From positions 1-32,993 of the forward strand of contig NW_021832735.1 in the NCBI RefSeq assembly GCF_006345805.1: a stretch of DNA of 32,993 bases, given 5' to 3'. This document shows positions 11,200 through 23,103 of the stretch, in pieces (the first letter of the stretch is position 1; each line of letters opens with the position of its first letter). The notes beneath the pieces are model-generated. The model was not told where the DNA came from and did no database searches. It was given only the letters and a program-made list of their open reading frames with translations. Origin of the DNA: Octopus sinensis. Its lineage: Eukaryota. Both the position numbers and the translations under genes were made by a program.

Positions 11200-12350
11200 G
11201 AATGTCAGGAATTAAACTTTTAGCTGAGAGATTGCAGCAAGAAGGGAGGAAAGAGCAAAGACTGCATTATATAAGCATTATATAATAGTAAGGGATTGTG
11301 GTATAAAATTGAAGGGATTTATGACTGATATAAGGCAGAAAGAGTTCACTTATGAAAGGAATCTGAATCACAATTAATTGGCCAATTGAAATTAGTTTTA
11401 ATCCTTAATGACAAGCTTTACGTGGATGTACATGCTACGAGATCACCTATACACCTACAAAATAATCGATATGTGATGGAAAGTGTGCAGAGGACTGGAA
11501 TCCCCTGACTTTCTCGGTTTGTAGGACATGAAATGTCAAACTGGGATCAACACACAAAGAAGAATTGAAGTAATTTGAATGTTGTATGGCTTGATCGCTC
11601 TAAAGCATATGGTTGTGGACCATACAAATTATTGATGAAATCAATGAACTTCTTTTACATACTGGGGAAAATTTAAGGTCTAATGATGAGCTGTTATAAC
11701 AATTTCAAAAGGCAGCTCATTACAAACCATTTTACAGGGACTGTCATCGGAATTGGAGCAGGGTGCACAATATTAATCCTTCAGTTTGTTTGGAGATGTT
11801 ACTTAGATCAGTAGTCTGCTCAGAAGAAATGACCCAAGGGAAAGCACCAGACAAGACATCCATGGATGACATAAAAATACTATGTAGAGACCAAAATGTT
11901 ATGCAAATATTTCTGGATAGCCTGGGTGGACTGATTACTTTGTCAAGAATTTGACTTGAAGCAAATAAATAATACAATCTGTTATTTGTGGAAGATCAGC
12001 AGAACAAAGTGAAGTTTAAAGTAGGAGGAGAAACTATGCATACGTTTAGGGAAAAACTTATAAATGTTTCGGACAGTGGTGCGCTGCCTGTTTGTCCAAT
12101 AATTGTAAGGGCATTAAGATGAAAACGAAAACATGGGAATGGGTTAAAAGAGAGTATTCGAAACTTCCTGGCAAACGTAAGATTCAATGCTTCCAGTTTG
12201 ATCTATATTTGCGTCATGCTTATATATGCTTAATTGTCAGTTATTGTGTATCATTTCGGATATGTTTATGCAATAGTATGTAGATGACCAGTTAAATGTA
12301 GTTAATAAGGTTTTGTGCAAGTGTACAATGTTTCAGGATACTTGATGTCG
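11200..12350 (+). mobile_element. Decayed non-LTR RT fragment (Hero-like, RLE group)
   Basis: NLNVVWLDRSKAYGCGPYKLLMKSMNFFYI (cf. VWLDLANAYGSVPH), LEMLLRS...SMDDI (cf. FMDD), KLPGKRKIQCFQF. Confidence 0.75.
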
Positions 12351-12369
12351 CGATGTCAGATTGTTTGAA

Positions 12370-12990
12370 GTTAGTCCAGCAATTAGAAATTGGTGTGCAG
12401 TAATTAATTGATTTATCTAAAATAGTAAAAAGTCGTTTCTGTTTTGTTTATTCGATTGTTATTTACTTAATTCTTTGATAAAGTTGGTGCTGGGGCGGGC
12501 TTATCTCAATATATTGTGTCTATTATGTGTGGGAGACAGACATCTCTCATGAAATCTTACCATGTGTAGTTTAATTTCTACTCAGCCCTTTAATAGATCT
12601 ATAACCAGAGGTAGCTGGTCATAGCCTCAGTGAAAAATACAGATCTAACCCGTCAGATATTCCATTCTTTCATTTTGTTAATCATCACACAAGGAACTGC
12701 TAAAATGCCTCGTTTTGTTGTGTACGGCGGATTGTGGTAGCAGTCTGGGTACAATATGATATCTCTCCACCGTAAAGTTTGTAATTGTACATCTGAACTC
12801 CTTCTAGTGTTAACGAGTTTTGTAATGGTCAAGTTAAACATTGCAAGATAATCACGGATTTCTCTCTATAGTACTAAGCTCCACTGGGGTATATCAGTGT
12901 TTTCAGCTTGCGAGACGACTGGTGTAGCTATTTTTGTGTTTATCGACAATTAATGGGACGGAAGTGTTTTGGAAATGGTGTTGTATGAAC
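12370..12990. repeat. Old intronic segmental duplicate of 22220-22960
   Basis: Shared tttctgttttgtttattcga, cagatctaacccgtca.atattccattctttcat, tgtggtagcagtc, gtatatcagtgttttcagcttg. Confidence 0.8.
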
Positions 12991-13199
12991 TGATGAGAAA
13001 CCATTGTCTCTTTCTTTATCAAGAAGAATACTAGCTGCATGTTACAATACAATCGAATACATCCTCATCATTTATCGTCTGATGTTCTTTCTAAAATGCA
13101 TTGGATGGGCGGTCTCTACCCAAGAGATACTACCCACTCCCAGTGGTTGAGGAACATATGTCTCTTAAAGATACCAGCTTTTCTACCGATTGACTCTCA

Positions 13200-13520
13200 G
13201 GTTCAAGATCTGAAGCTCATTTCTCAACACTTCCTTCCATTTTTCTTGAGGTTCTCTCCACATTTACAGATCGGTGCTCTTTATACAGCTGATCTTATTC
13301 ATACATATCACAGGGTCATACTAGCACAGTCGTCTGTCTTGCGTACTACATACATGTGATAACTCTCGATTTTTATCTTAAAACATGTCAGCATTTTATA
13401 CCTGCACACTGACAGTGACCATCCAGTGGAGCATGCTGGTTCCATTTTGTTCAAGACTTTACACGTCCTCTGTGTTCACAACATACATTTCACTACTATG
13501 TAGCGTACACAGCTGTTCAT
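13200..13520 (-). mobile_element. Decayed RTE LINE 3' fragment
   Basis: Minus strand reads TEDV*SLEQNGTSMLHWMVTVSV, homologous to SEDMRRLETNKASMLRWMSNIS at ~30790. Confidence 0.65.
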
Positions 13521-13636
13521 ACACAGGCTGCCCATTGGTGATCAGAAACTCTCACAATAATAAAATATATATCATTAATATCTAGATTTAAAATATTTTA
13601 TAATAAATTTTAAAAACCTTGAAATATTTATTTCAG

Positions 13637-13708
13637 GGTTTCCCAAGTCTCAGAACAAGCAAGTCCAGACAGAGGCATTTACTTCAAAAGATGCATCACA
13701 GCAAGTTG
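13637..13708 (+). CDS. Mini-exon A (72 nt, phase 1-1): FPKSQNKQVQTEAFTSKDASQQV, LC8-type motif
   Basis: Acceptor atttatttcag, donor TTG|gtgagt, length divisible by 3, open frame. Confidence 0.8.
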
Positions 13709-14162
13709 GTGAGTATAAAATAACTAATTGATTTCTATCAATTTTACCTTCACCTGAGGCATTCATGGATTACTTAATAATACTAAGGAGAGATCAGAAG
13801 GATATGCAAATAATTCTGGTTAGACTGGATTAACTCATTATTTGGGGCAAAAGTGTGGTTTAAATCGAATAAGTAGTGCTGTCTATCGTTTGTAGATGAT
13901 CAGCAGAAACAAGTGAAGTTACAAATAGTAAGAGTAATCGTGCCAAAAGCTTGAAGACAATGGTACGGTAGCTTGCTGAGAGACACGTCTTGAGGAAATA
14001 GGATCAAGGCACAAACTGTGATGGAGTTAAAATCAAAACATAATGCAAAATAAATTTGGCGCTTCCAGTTTGATTTATATCTGTCTTGCTTATATATTCT
14101 TGAGAGTCAGTACTATTCCAGATATAATTCCTTTGCAATAATATGTAAATGTACGTTCATAA

Positions 14163-14396
<234 letters not shown>

Positions 14397-15119
14397 CAGA
14401 TAATGAGTTTCTATACAAGAGTACAGTGTTTTGGGATACCTGATATCACTTTCTGCTCCACTTGCTTAGGAGCAAACATTGTTCACCTGAAAATAGATGC
14501 TTATTAAGGAGGATTAATGACATTGAAATATCGTCAAATATATCCGGATGCTATTCTGATGAATTGTGATGTGGGGATGTAAGATTAAAGATTACCAGCA
14601 GCAACCTTTTAAAAAGAGAGCAGGTGTATAGTAATCTACCTGATGTATTGTGACATGTGTTTGTGGTTAGATGTTTGGAGACCAGCTTCACTGACATCAG
14701 AATTAGAAGAGGAGAAGAATGTTGATTAGAGAAATCTGCAAGTGATAAGACAATGCCAAATCATTGATAGGGCTCCGACTGATGAAAGGGAAAATTAATC
14801 TAGGTGATTATCAGCGTTTTCAAATGAAAATTATAGAAGGTAATGATTAGATTATATAGATGTCTTAATAGGGTTATTGTTAGATTATGTAGGATGCCAG
14901 AATTGGGATATATAGGAAGGTGAGTCTATTTAGTTGTGGACCTGGATATTGAGCTATTACATGGTATTACTGTAGAAAGTATGAAAATGTCGACCCGAGC
15001 AGTACTGGTCACCAGCTGACCAGCAACGACAGGAATACCTCACAAGAATAAAATTTTGATTATTAAGAAATATAAAGATGTTTTTCTATGAAGGGTAAAA
15101 TTTAGAATATTTATTTCAG

Positions 15120-15170
15120 AGACGCCAGCACTTGTTGACAATGAAGTTCAAACAGAAGTAGAACCAGTTG
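15120..15170 (+). CDS. Mini-exon B (51 nt, phase 1-1): ETPALVDNEVQTEVEPV
   Basis: Acceptor atttatttcag, donor TTG|gtgagt, open frame. Confidence 0.82.
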
Positions 15171-15485
15171 GTGAGTATAAATCAACATTACCTTTTTGAT
15201 TTCTATCAAGTTTGCCATTACCTCATCTACTTTATTAAGGAGGATACGTGAGAAGTAAATGAGATATGTAAGATGTCTTAATTGAGAGCGGATATTTGGG
15301 AATGCCAATCAATTTTGTAGAGATGAGAAGCATGTGGGAACATGAATTAAAGAAATATAGGAAAATAATCCCTAAAATTTGGTCCATAATTTCCCCCGAG
15401 CATAAGGCATGGTTCTTAAGAATGCGTGCTAGAACCCCAAGATTCCGAGTTTCATTCCAGGCAGTGATATATAATAATAATAATA

Positions 15486-15543
<58 letters not shown>

Positions 15544-15544
<1 letters not shown>

Positions 15545-16150
15545 TACATTGGAAGATATGTAAACACTACAAATTCGGCACTCTTGCTAACTGGTATGAA
15601 CACCATCCTCAGTCAGTTGTTGAAGGTAAAAATGTCACCATCCTCTGGGATTTTCCAGTTAACACTGACAGAACGATCAAGGCTAATCGACCAGACATAA
15701 TTGTTAAAGACACGGGAGAAAATACCTGCAGACTAATAGAGGTAAGCGTCCCCACTGATAACAATATATCTGTAAATGAATTTGACAAACTTAGTAAATA
15801 TAAGGACCTGGAAATCGAAATACAAAAGATGTGGAATCTTAAAAGAAAAACTGTTCCTGTTATTGTAGGTGCCCTAGGTATGATAAAAAAGGGATGTCAG
15901 AAACACCTAGACAACATCCCTGGAGAACCATGTCTCAAGGAAATCCAAAAGATTGTGCTAATAAGTACTGCCCACATCCTTAGAAAAACCTTATCAATAT
16001 AAATGTTTGTGTTGTATTACATGGATATATTTCTCTACTTCCGCTCCCCGTGTTTTCAGCTATATTTCAACAACTCTTAACCTTCACTTGCCCTGGGGAG
16101 CTGGGTGTGCCCAGGCAAGTGATTGCATCAAACATACAGATTAAAAGTAA
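15544..16150 (+). mobile_element. 5'-truncated R4/Dong-like non-LTR retrotransposon (RLE endonuclease domain + 3' UTR) within (TAA)n
   Basis: Open frame 15544-16002, absent from the ORF track: IHWKICKHY...WYEHHP...ILWDFPVNTDRTIKANRPDIIV...IEVSVP...KLSKYKDLEIEIQKMW...VPVIVGALG...ILRKTLSI*. (TAA)n on both sides (15471-15543, ~16156-16232), the known Dong target. Confidence 0.92.
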
Positions 16151-16155
16151 ATGAC

Positions 16156-16235
<80 letters not shown>

Positions 16236-16268
16236 CAACATCGAAAAATACCTTAGGAATTTCCCCAA

Positions 16269-16314
16269 AGCACCTGATGAAGGCTGCAGGGTATAACAGC
16301 CGAAACGTTGTGCT
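16269..16314 (+). ncRNA. Minimal type I hammerhead ribozyme
   Basis: AGCAC-CTGATGA-a-GGCTG(cagggtataa)CAGCC-GAAA-CG-T-T-GTGCT: perfect 5-bp stems I and II, intact core, palindromic ACGT in place of stem III. Confidence 0.85.
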
Positions 16315-16369
16315 AACAACAAACAAGATCAGGCCATATATGTAAATAAGGTAAATAGTTTTAGATAGC

Positions 16370-17700
16370 AGTTCCTAAAGAACCATTCTAATGGTACTAG
16401 AATGGTGTTTGTTGATGCCATGTGTCGCAGGCTATAAGGCATGGAAAATGATGGGAATATACAAGAGATGTACAGTGACCTAAAGCGAAATCAACCATTC
16501 CCAGCCATGGACAGTTTGAAATGCCGAATGAAACGAAGAATCAAAATATTTCAGCTTAGTGATTTCATGAAGAAAGAGGAAGAAAGAAGTTGAGAGTTGT
16601 GTGAAGAAAGTAAGAGTTTAGAGTGCAACACGAGGTGATGCTGTACCACAGAACGTATAGAAACGTTGTACTCAGTTATGTTATAAGCATAACCTGGAAG
16701 AAGAGATTTGGGGTATAAAGGTGAACCGATTGATGACCTGTACATACAAGAAAGTGTTTACTTACCAAAGCAAGTGGCAGCAGGACAATGTCAATAGAGA
16801 ATGGTAAGGTTTACATGGGCTTAGATATCAGCTACATATCTATAAAAGAATGGCTATCTGAGTAAATGTGTCCGGAGGACTGGAATCACCGGACCTCCAG
16901 CGTGTGCGCAACAAGCATTTTCAATCTGGAATTAATGCAAGAAGGAAAGGAGAATATAACTGATTTGAAAGATGTATGGCCTGATCTGGCTAATGCTTAT
17001 TGTTCTATACCATAGAAATGGTTGATGGAAGCAATGAACGATTAATAGGAGATTAATGATCTGATGAGGAGCTGCTATAATGATTTCACAATGCGGTTCA
17101 TCACAGAAAATGTTACAACAGACTGGCATCATGTGCAAACATGAATTTGAATAGCCGTAGGTTGACAATATGAGCCATTTTGTTTGAGATGGTTATGAGG
17201 ATGTTACTTATATCAGCAGAAACGGCTCAAGTGAAATCACACAAGAAGGCATTCATGGATCACTTAATAATACTAAGGAGAGATGAAAAGGATATGCAAA
17301 TAATTCTGGTTAGACTGGATTAACTCATTATTTGGGGCAAAATGTGGTTTAAATCGAATAAGTAGTGCTGTCAATCGTTTGTAGATGATCAGCAGAAACA
17401 GTGAAGTTACAAATAGTAAGAGTAATCGTGCCAAAGCTTGAAGACAATGGTACGGTAGCTTGCTGAGAGACACGTCTTGAGAAATAGGATCAAGGCACAA
17501 ACTGTGATGGAGTTAAAATCAAAACATAATGCAAAATAAATTTGGCGCTTCCAGTTTGATTTATATCTCTGTCTTGCTTATATATTCTTGAGAGTCAGTA
17601 CTATTCCAGATATAATTCCTTTGCAGTAATATGTAAATCTACGTTCATGAATCTATCTATCTATCTATCTTATCTATCTCTCTTTCTATCTATCTCTCTC

Positions 17701-17785
<85 letters not shown>

Positions 17786-18260
17786 AGATGTATATATATA
17801 TAAACAAATGTATATATATATACATACACACAACACATGAATGTGTGTGTGTGTGCGTGTGTGCGTGTGCGTGTGTGTATGTGTGGTCTGTGTGTGTGTT
17901 AGTAATGAGTTTCTATACAAGAGTACAGTGTTTTGAGATACCTGATATCACTTTCTGCTCCACTTGCTTAGGAGCAACATTGTTCACCTGAAAATAGATG
18001 CTTATTAAGGAGGATTAATGACATTGAAATATCGTCAAATATATCCGATGCTATTTCTGATGAATTGTGATGTGGGGATTTAAGATTAAAGATTACCAGC
18101 AGCAACCTTTTAAAAAGAGAGCAGGTGTATATTAATCCTACTTGATGTATTGTGACATGCGTTTATGGTTAGATGTTTGGAGACCAGCTTCATTGACATC
18201 AGAATTAGAAGAGGAGAAGAATGTTGATTAGAGAAATCTGCAGGTGATAAGACAAGGCCA
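16370..18260 (+). mobile_element. Decayed Hero-like non-LTR RT fragment (longest copy)
   Basis: gtatggcctgatctggctaatgcttattgttctatacca encodes VWPDLANAYCSIP, and aaggcattcatggatcac encodes KAFMDH (cf. FMDD). Homologous to 11200-12350. Confidence 0.75.
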
Positions 18261-18820
18261 AATCATTGATAGGGCTCCGACTGATGAAAGGGAAAATTAA
18301 TCTAGGTGATTATCAGTGTTTTCAAATGAAAATTAAAGAAGGTAATGATTAGATTATATAGATGTCTTAATAGGGTTATTGTTAGATTATGTAGGATGCC
18401 AGAATTGGGATATATAGGGAGGTGAGTCTATTTAGGTGTGGACCAGAATATTGTGCTATAACATGGTATTACTGTAGAAAGTATGAAAATGTCGACCCGA
18501 GCAGTACTGGCCACCAGCTGACCAGCAACGACAGGAATACCTCACAAGAATAAAATTTTGATTATTAAGAAATATAAAGATGTTATTCTATGAAGGGTAA
18601 AATTTAGAATATCTATTTCAGTTTCTTCAATGCTTGTTGACAATGAAGTTCAAACAGAAGTAGAACCAGTTGGTGAGTATAAATCAACATTACCTTTTTG
18701 ATTTCTATAAAGTTTGCCATTACCTCATCTACTTTATTAAGGAGGATACGTGAGAAGTAAATGAGATATGTAAGATGTCTTAATTGAGAGCGGAAATTTG
18801 GGAATGCCAAGCAATTTTGT
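17247..18820 (+). repeat. Recent segmental duplicate of 13757-15318
   Basis: Near-identical colinear sequence. Confidence 0.93.
18622..18672 (+). CDS. Mini-exon C (51 nt, phase 1-1): VSSMLVDNEVQTEVEPV
   Basis: Acceptor ctatttcag, donor TTG|gtgagt, open frame. Confidence 0.82.
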
Positions 18821-18971
18821 TGAGGGCATCAATAATGGGCCCACTGTTGAAAGTATATAAATATTGACCGAAACCTGAGTGAACTCTTGATGATGGGAAT
18901 CTCTCACAATAACAGAATATAGATTATTGATAATGATAAAAATATTTTACTGTAAATAATATATATTTGAG

Positions 18972-19025
18972 AGAATCTAAAGCTTGAAGGGAAATAAGTG
19001 CAGGCGATGGTAGCAGAGCCAGTTG
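18972..19025 (+). pseudogene. Dead mini-exon copy (54 nt): ENLKLEGK*VQAMVAEPV
   Basis: Ends gagccagttg like exon D. Acceptor is tttgag, donor is ataagtataaaataac, and there is an in-frame TAA. Upstream ctctcacaataa block is shared with the exon A flank. Confidence 0.75.
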
Positions 19026-19824
19026 ATAAGTATAAAATAACAGCCCACAAATATCTATTTTGCCTTTGTTTCTATGGCTGCCTCATGTGTCGATAGAGAA
19101 AATAGTGAAATATGACAGAGAGTGATCTGGGAGGGAGGGGTTAGTTTATAAGTTTGTGAAAGGAAGGTAGTAGAGGGAGGAGGAATGGTGGATATGGTTG
19201 GGAATGAGAAACAGTAGGGCATCATATGTGCATGTAGGTACATGAGGGAGGATGGAGGAGAATGCGACATGTGTGGGGGAGGCATTGTTGGGGGACAAAC
19301 ATGTGCTTATGACCTTGATTTTATTTAGGTTGGTGGTTGTTCTCAAGCACAGCAAACTGCCAAGTGACTGTTAGGCTCAACATTTCAAGATCATTACTCA
19401 CCATTTCGTCCCATTCTTCCTAGGTATTCATTAGGGAAATCTGGAGGTGAGAGAACAATGCCATATCATAGATTGGGCTCCGATAGATGAAAAGGAAAAT
19501 TAAGCTAAGAGATAATCAGTGTTTTCAAGTGATAATTATATAAGATAATTATTAGATTATGTAGATATCTTAATAGAGTGATTCTTAGATTATGTGGGAT
19601 GTCTTAATAGGGAGATATATTAGGTTAGTCTATTTAGTTGTGGACCTGAATATTGAGTTATTACATGGTATCCCTATAGAAAATATGAAAATGTTGACCC
19701 AAGCCGTACGGGTCACAAGTTGACCAGCAATGACAAGAATGTAACAGAATAACAAAATTTTGATTATTAATTAAGATAAAGACATTTTTCTGTAAAGTGT
19801 AAAATTTAGAAAATTTTGTTTCAG

Positions 19825-19875
19825 TTACTTTAACGCTTGTTGACAATAAAGTCCAAACAGAGGTGGAGCCAGTTG
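19825..19875 (+). CDS. Mini-exon D (51 nt, phase 1-1): VTLTLVDNKVQTEVEPV
   Basis: Acceptor ttttgtttcag, donor TTG|gtgagt. Differences from B/C in the motif are mostly synonymous (GTC/GTT, GAG/GAA, GTG/GTA). Confidence 0.85.
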
Positions 19876-20400
19876 GTGAGTATAAATTACCAATACCTTA
19901 TTGATTTCCATCAATTTTACCGTTATTCGAACAACTTTGTTTGACAGAATGACTGAGAACAAGTCCTTTTGCTACATTTTTTTCGAATGGTTAGCTACAC
20001 ATTTTTTTTCTATTCTTGTACAACTACAGGAATATCCAAGAAATGGATTTTATAGAAAAGTGGAAGCATCAGATATTCTTCCACTCAGAAAAAAAGGCGT
20101 CTCAAGATAAGGAGAAATATGCAAAAGATAAAATATAAACCCTTAAGCGGTTCTGTCCCTTTAAGGAGAATAAGTACCGTCTGTCATCTCACTTTAGTCT
20201 CTCTCGTCCTCTCCCTTTTTCTCTCTCTTCCACTCCCTTTGTATACAACAAGCAGCAGCTCCTCTCGTTCCCAGTCAAGTAACCACATCAATTTTTTTTA
20301 AATATTGTTATTATTGAAATTTAATAAAATGTCCACCAAGGTTATCGCTGTTGGCAAAATGGCGAAATTAGAAAACAGAACAGGGTTAATATTGTCCTTT

Positions 20401-20616
20401 GGGAAGGTGGCGAGCTGGCAGAAACATTAGAACGCCGGGCGAAATGCTTAGCGTTATTTCATCTGTCTTTACATCCTAAGTTCAAATTCCACCGAGGTCG
20501 ATTTTGCCTTTCATCCTTTCGGGGTCGATAAATAGAGTACCAGTTGCGTACTGGGGACGATCTAATCGACTGGCGCTGTCACCAAAGGATTCTGGCCTTG
20601 TGCCTAGAGTAGAAAG
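20401..20616 (+). mobile_element. Full-length tRNA-derived SINE with 14-bp target-site duplication
   Basis: Head ggtggcgagctggcagaa...agttcaaattcc; TSD taatattgtccttt at 20387-20400 and 20617-20630. Confidence 0.92.
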
Positions 20617-21619
20617 TAATATTGTCCTTTAGAATAGGAACTAAAAGGATTTTGTTGTTTAAAGGTAAACAGGTGATTTAATGACCAAGTGTTTGTTCGT
20701 TTTACATTTTTAGTAAGCTTACTGATTGATTATTGTTGTTGGCGCTTTTGCTTAACCAGATGTTATGGTGAAAATTGTTCCAATAGTGAACAACCTGTTT
20801 TTTTTCTACTGTCATTACGTCCACTATTCAACCATTACATCTATTCAATATTGCCTTTATTCAAGTAGAAGGCTGCTTTATAGCTCAGACAAAGTCTCTC
20901 TCTCTGTCTTTCTTTCCCCCTCTCTCTCTCTCTCTCTCTCTCTCTATTTCTCTCTCTCTCTTTCTCGCTCCCTTTCACTATCTGCAAGTTTCAATACAGT
21001 AAATAATATCATCCTCTCCCTTTTATCATCTGCTCTCTATGCTCCCATGTACTGGATGGGTGGTCACTGTCCATGTCATTTCTTATTAACAGTAAACTAC
21101 CCATAATGATTGCTTGAGGATTACCTCTCAATTAACCATTCCAGCTTTTTCCTGGTGGTATGCCCTTCTTATCACCAACCACTTTACAAAGGGTCCTGGG
21201 TGAATATAATTGTGGCACAAACACTATAAGAGATTGCCATGTCCTCGGCAACATTAAACCTACCTCTCAACCTTACGGTGTCAACTCTCATCCAACAACC
21301 ACCTCCTAGTGTGTAGAGGGAGGATTTGATCATAGCACCAGCATTAGTGAGGTTGTGTCACATTCCAAATTATTAGAAAGTTAGTCCTCACTACTCTATG
21401 ATGTGTTTGTTCACTGATATGTTTAAGATGGGAGAAGAAGAGATTATAGAAGAATCGGAATGCAAAGACTAAAAGATACGAGACAATAAGGATAAAAAAA
21501 GTGATTCGAAGGAGCGGTGGAGGCTGACAACAGTAAATGATGGAGACTGAGTTACAACGGTGTGTGAGGTACCAGAGTGCTTAATTATTTATTAACATTC
21601 CTTGGTTGCTCACTCTCAC

Positions 21620-21985
21620 TGTTTCTCTTGCCCTCCTCCTCTCACTGGGTAATCATGTATGTCTTCTACTATAGGACACCTGTTTCAATCCCTCTGTCAC
21701 AGTCGAACCTGTCATCCCCTGACACACGACCACCTCCTCCTCCAATGCTCTCCCTCTCAAGGTTTTTTGTCTTGCAAGTTCTTTGGTGACCCCCACCAGT
21801 GCTTGTGGATCCAGACCCCACTGTAAGGTTGTTGGTGTTGGGAAGAGTATCCAGCTGTAAAATCCTGCCAAATCAGACAGTGAAGCCTGGTGCATTCTTC
21901 TCCCTAGCCAGCCCCTGACAAAACGTACAAACCCCTGCCAGAATGGGGAACCGACGTTCAATAATGATGTGGTGGTGATGGTTAG
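21620..21985 (+). mobile_element. Decayed SINE/RTE-related 3' element with a (GAT/GGT) tail
   Basis: gggaagagtatccagctgtaaaa...aacccctgccagaatggggaaccgacgttcaataatgatg resembles a common cephalopod repeat 3' end (recalled); similar tail at ~29760-29830. Confidence 0.5.
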
Positions 21986-23103
21986 GTAGCGATGGATACT
22001 AATTACTTGCAAATACATCAAAGTTATACATGTTAAATTAGGAGATAGACTGACCAAATCTCAACTGAGATAATGGATAATTACAGGTTTCTGGATTGCC
22101 ATAAATACTAGTAATTAATAAAAGATCACATGGGAATTACAGGTTTATATATTTCTGTGAATATTTACATATATATCTGTATATTTGTAAAACACTAATT
22201 GGTATTTTAAATCAGAGCATTTAGAATTAGCCCAGCAATAAGGAAGTGGAGTGCAGAAAGTTATTGACTATAAATTATCAATAATTATTCGTTTTCTCTA
22301 AATCGATAAAAGGCAATTTCTGTTTTGTTTATTCGAATTTTATTTACCTCATTCATTGATAGAATTGGTGTTGGGGCTATCTAATTTTTAAGGTCTAACA
22401 TGAGGTCATGGAGAGAGAGAGAGAGAGAAGAGAGAGGGAGAGAGAAAGAGAGAGAGATAGAAAGAGAGAAGGAGAAAGAGAGAGAGAGATCATAAATCTT
22501 AGGATTGGTCGTGTAATAGCTACTCAGGCCATCTTTAGTACTCACATACACACACACATATATATAACAATACGCAGCTGGTCACAGCCTCCGTAAAAAA
22601 CACCCAGATCTAACCCGTCAAATATTCCATTCTTTCATCTTGTTAAACATCACAGAGTTAACTTACAAAATACAGTGTTTTGTTTTGTGGGGTGGAGTGT
22701 GGTAGCAGTCGGGATGCAATAAATTATTTCCTCATTGTACAGTATGTGGTTGTACATGTGTAGACCTTCTAGTATTAACCACAATTGAAGTGGTCAAGGT
22801 ATACATAGCCAGATCATCATGGATATCGCTCTTCAGTAACAAACTCCGCTGGTGTATATCAGTGTTTTCAGCTTGTAACCCCACTGATGTCGCTATTTCC
22901 GTGTTTATCTACAATAAATGAAATGGAAAGTGTCTTGAAAATGGTGTGGTAGGAATGTTGTCCAATATTTTCGTTAAATTGAGAAGATTTGATTTTTTTT
23001 GTGACTCGAATTGCGTAGGAAGTTGCTGTTACAAATTAATATTACCCATTCATGTCTTTTGAAAATTTAATATAATTTTATTTCTCTTGTTATTGTTATT
23101 CAG

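Larger units (their letters stand above)
15405..16360 (+). mobile_element. tRNA-headed short element with a (TAA)n tract and a hammerhead, interrupted by a Dong-like insertion
   Basis: Head cttaagaatgcgtgctagaaccccaagattccgagtttcattcc matches the reverse complement of the tRNA-like head at 32936-32993. Followed by (TAA)n, then body and hammerhead at 16269-16314. Unity of head and body is inferred. Confidence 0.6.

Noticed and set aside
14779-14800. CTGATGA...GAAA motif (also ~18281 and ~12991)
   Set aside because: No stem II or stem I can form, so not a hammerhead.
15235-16345. Poly-Ile and poly-Leu ORFs
   Set aside because: (TAA)n artefacts; the real coding frame is the ATG-less RLE domain at 15544-16002.
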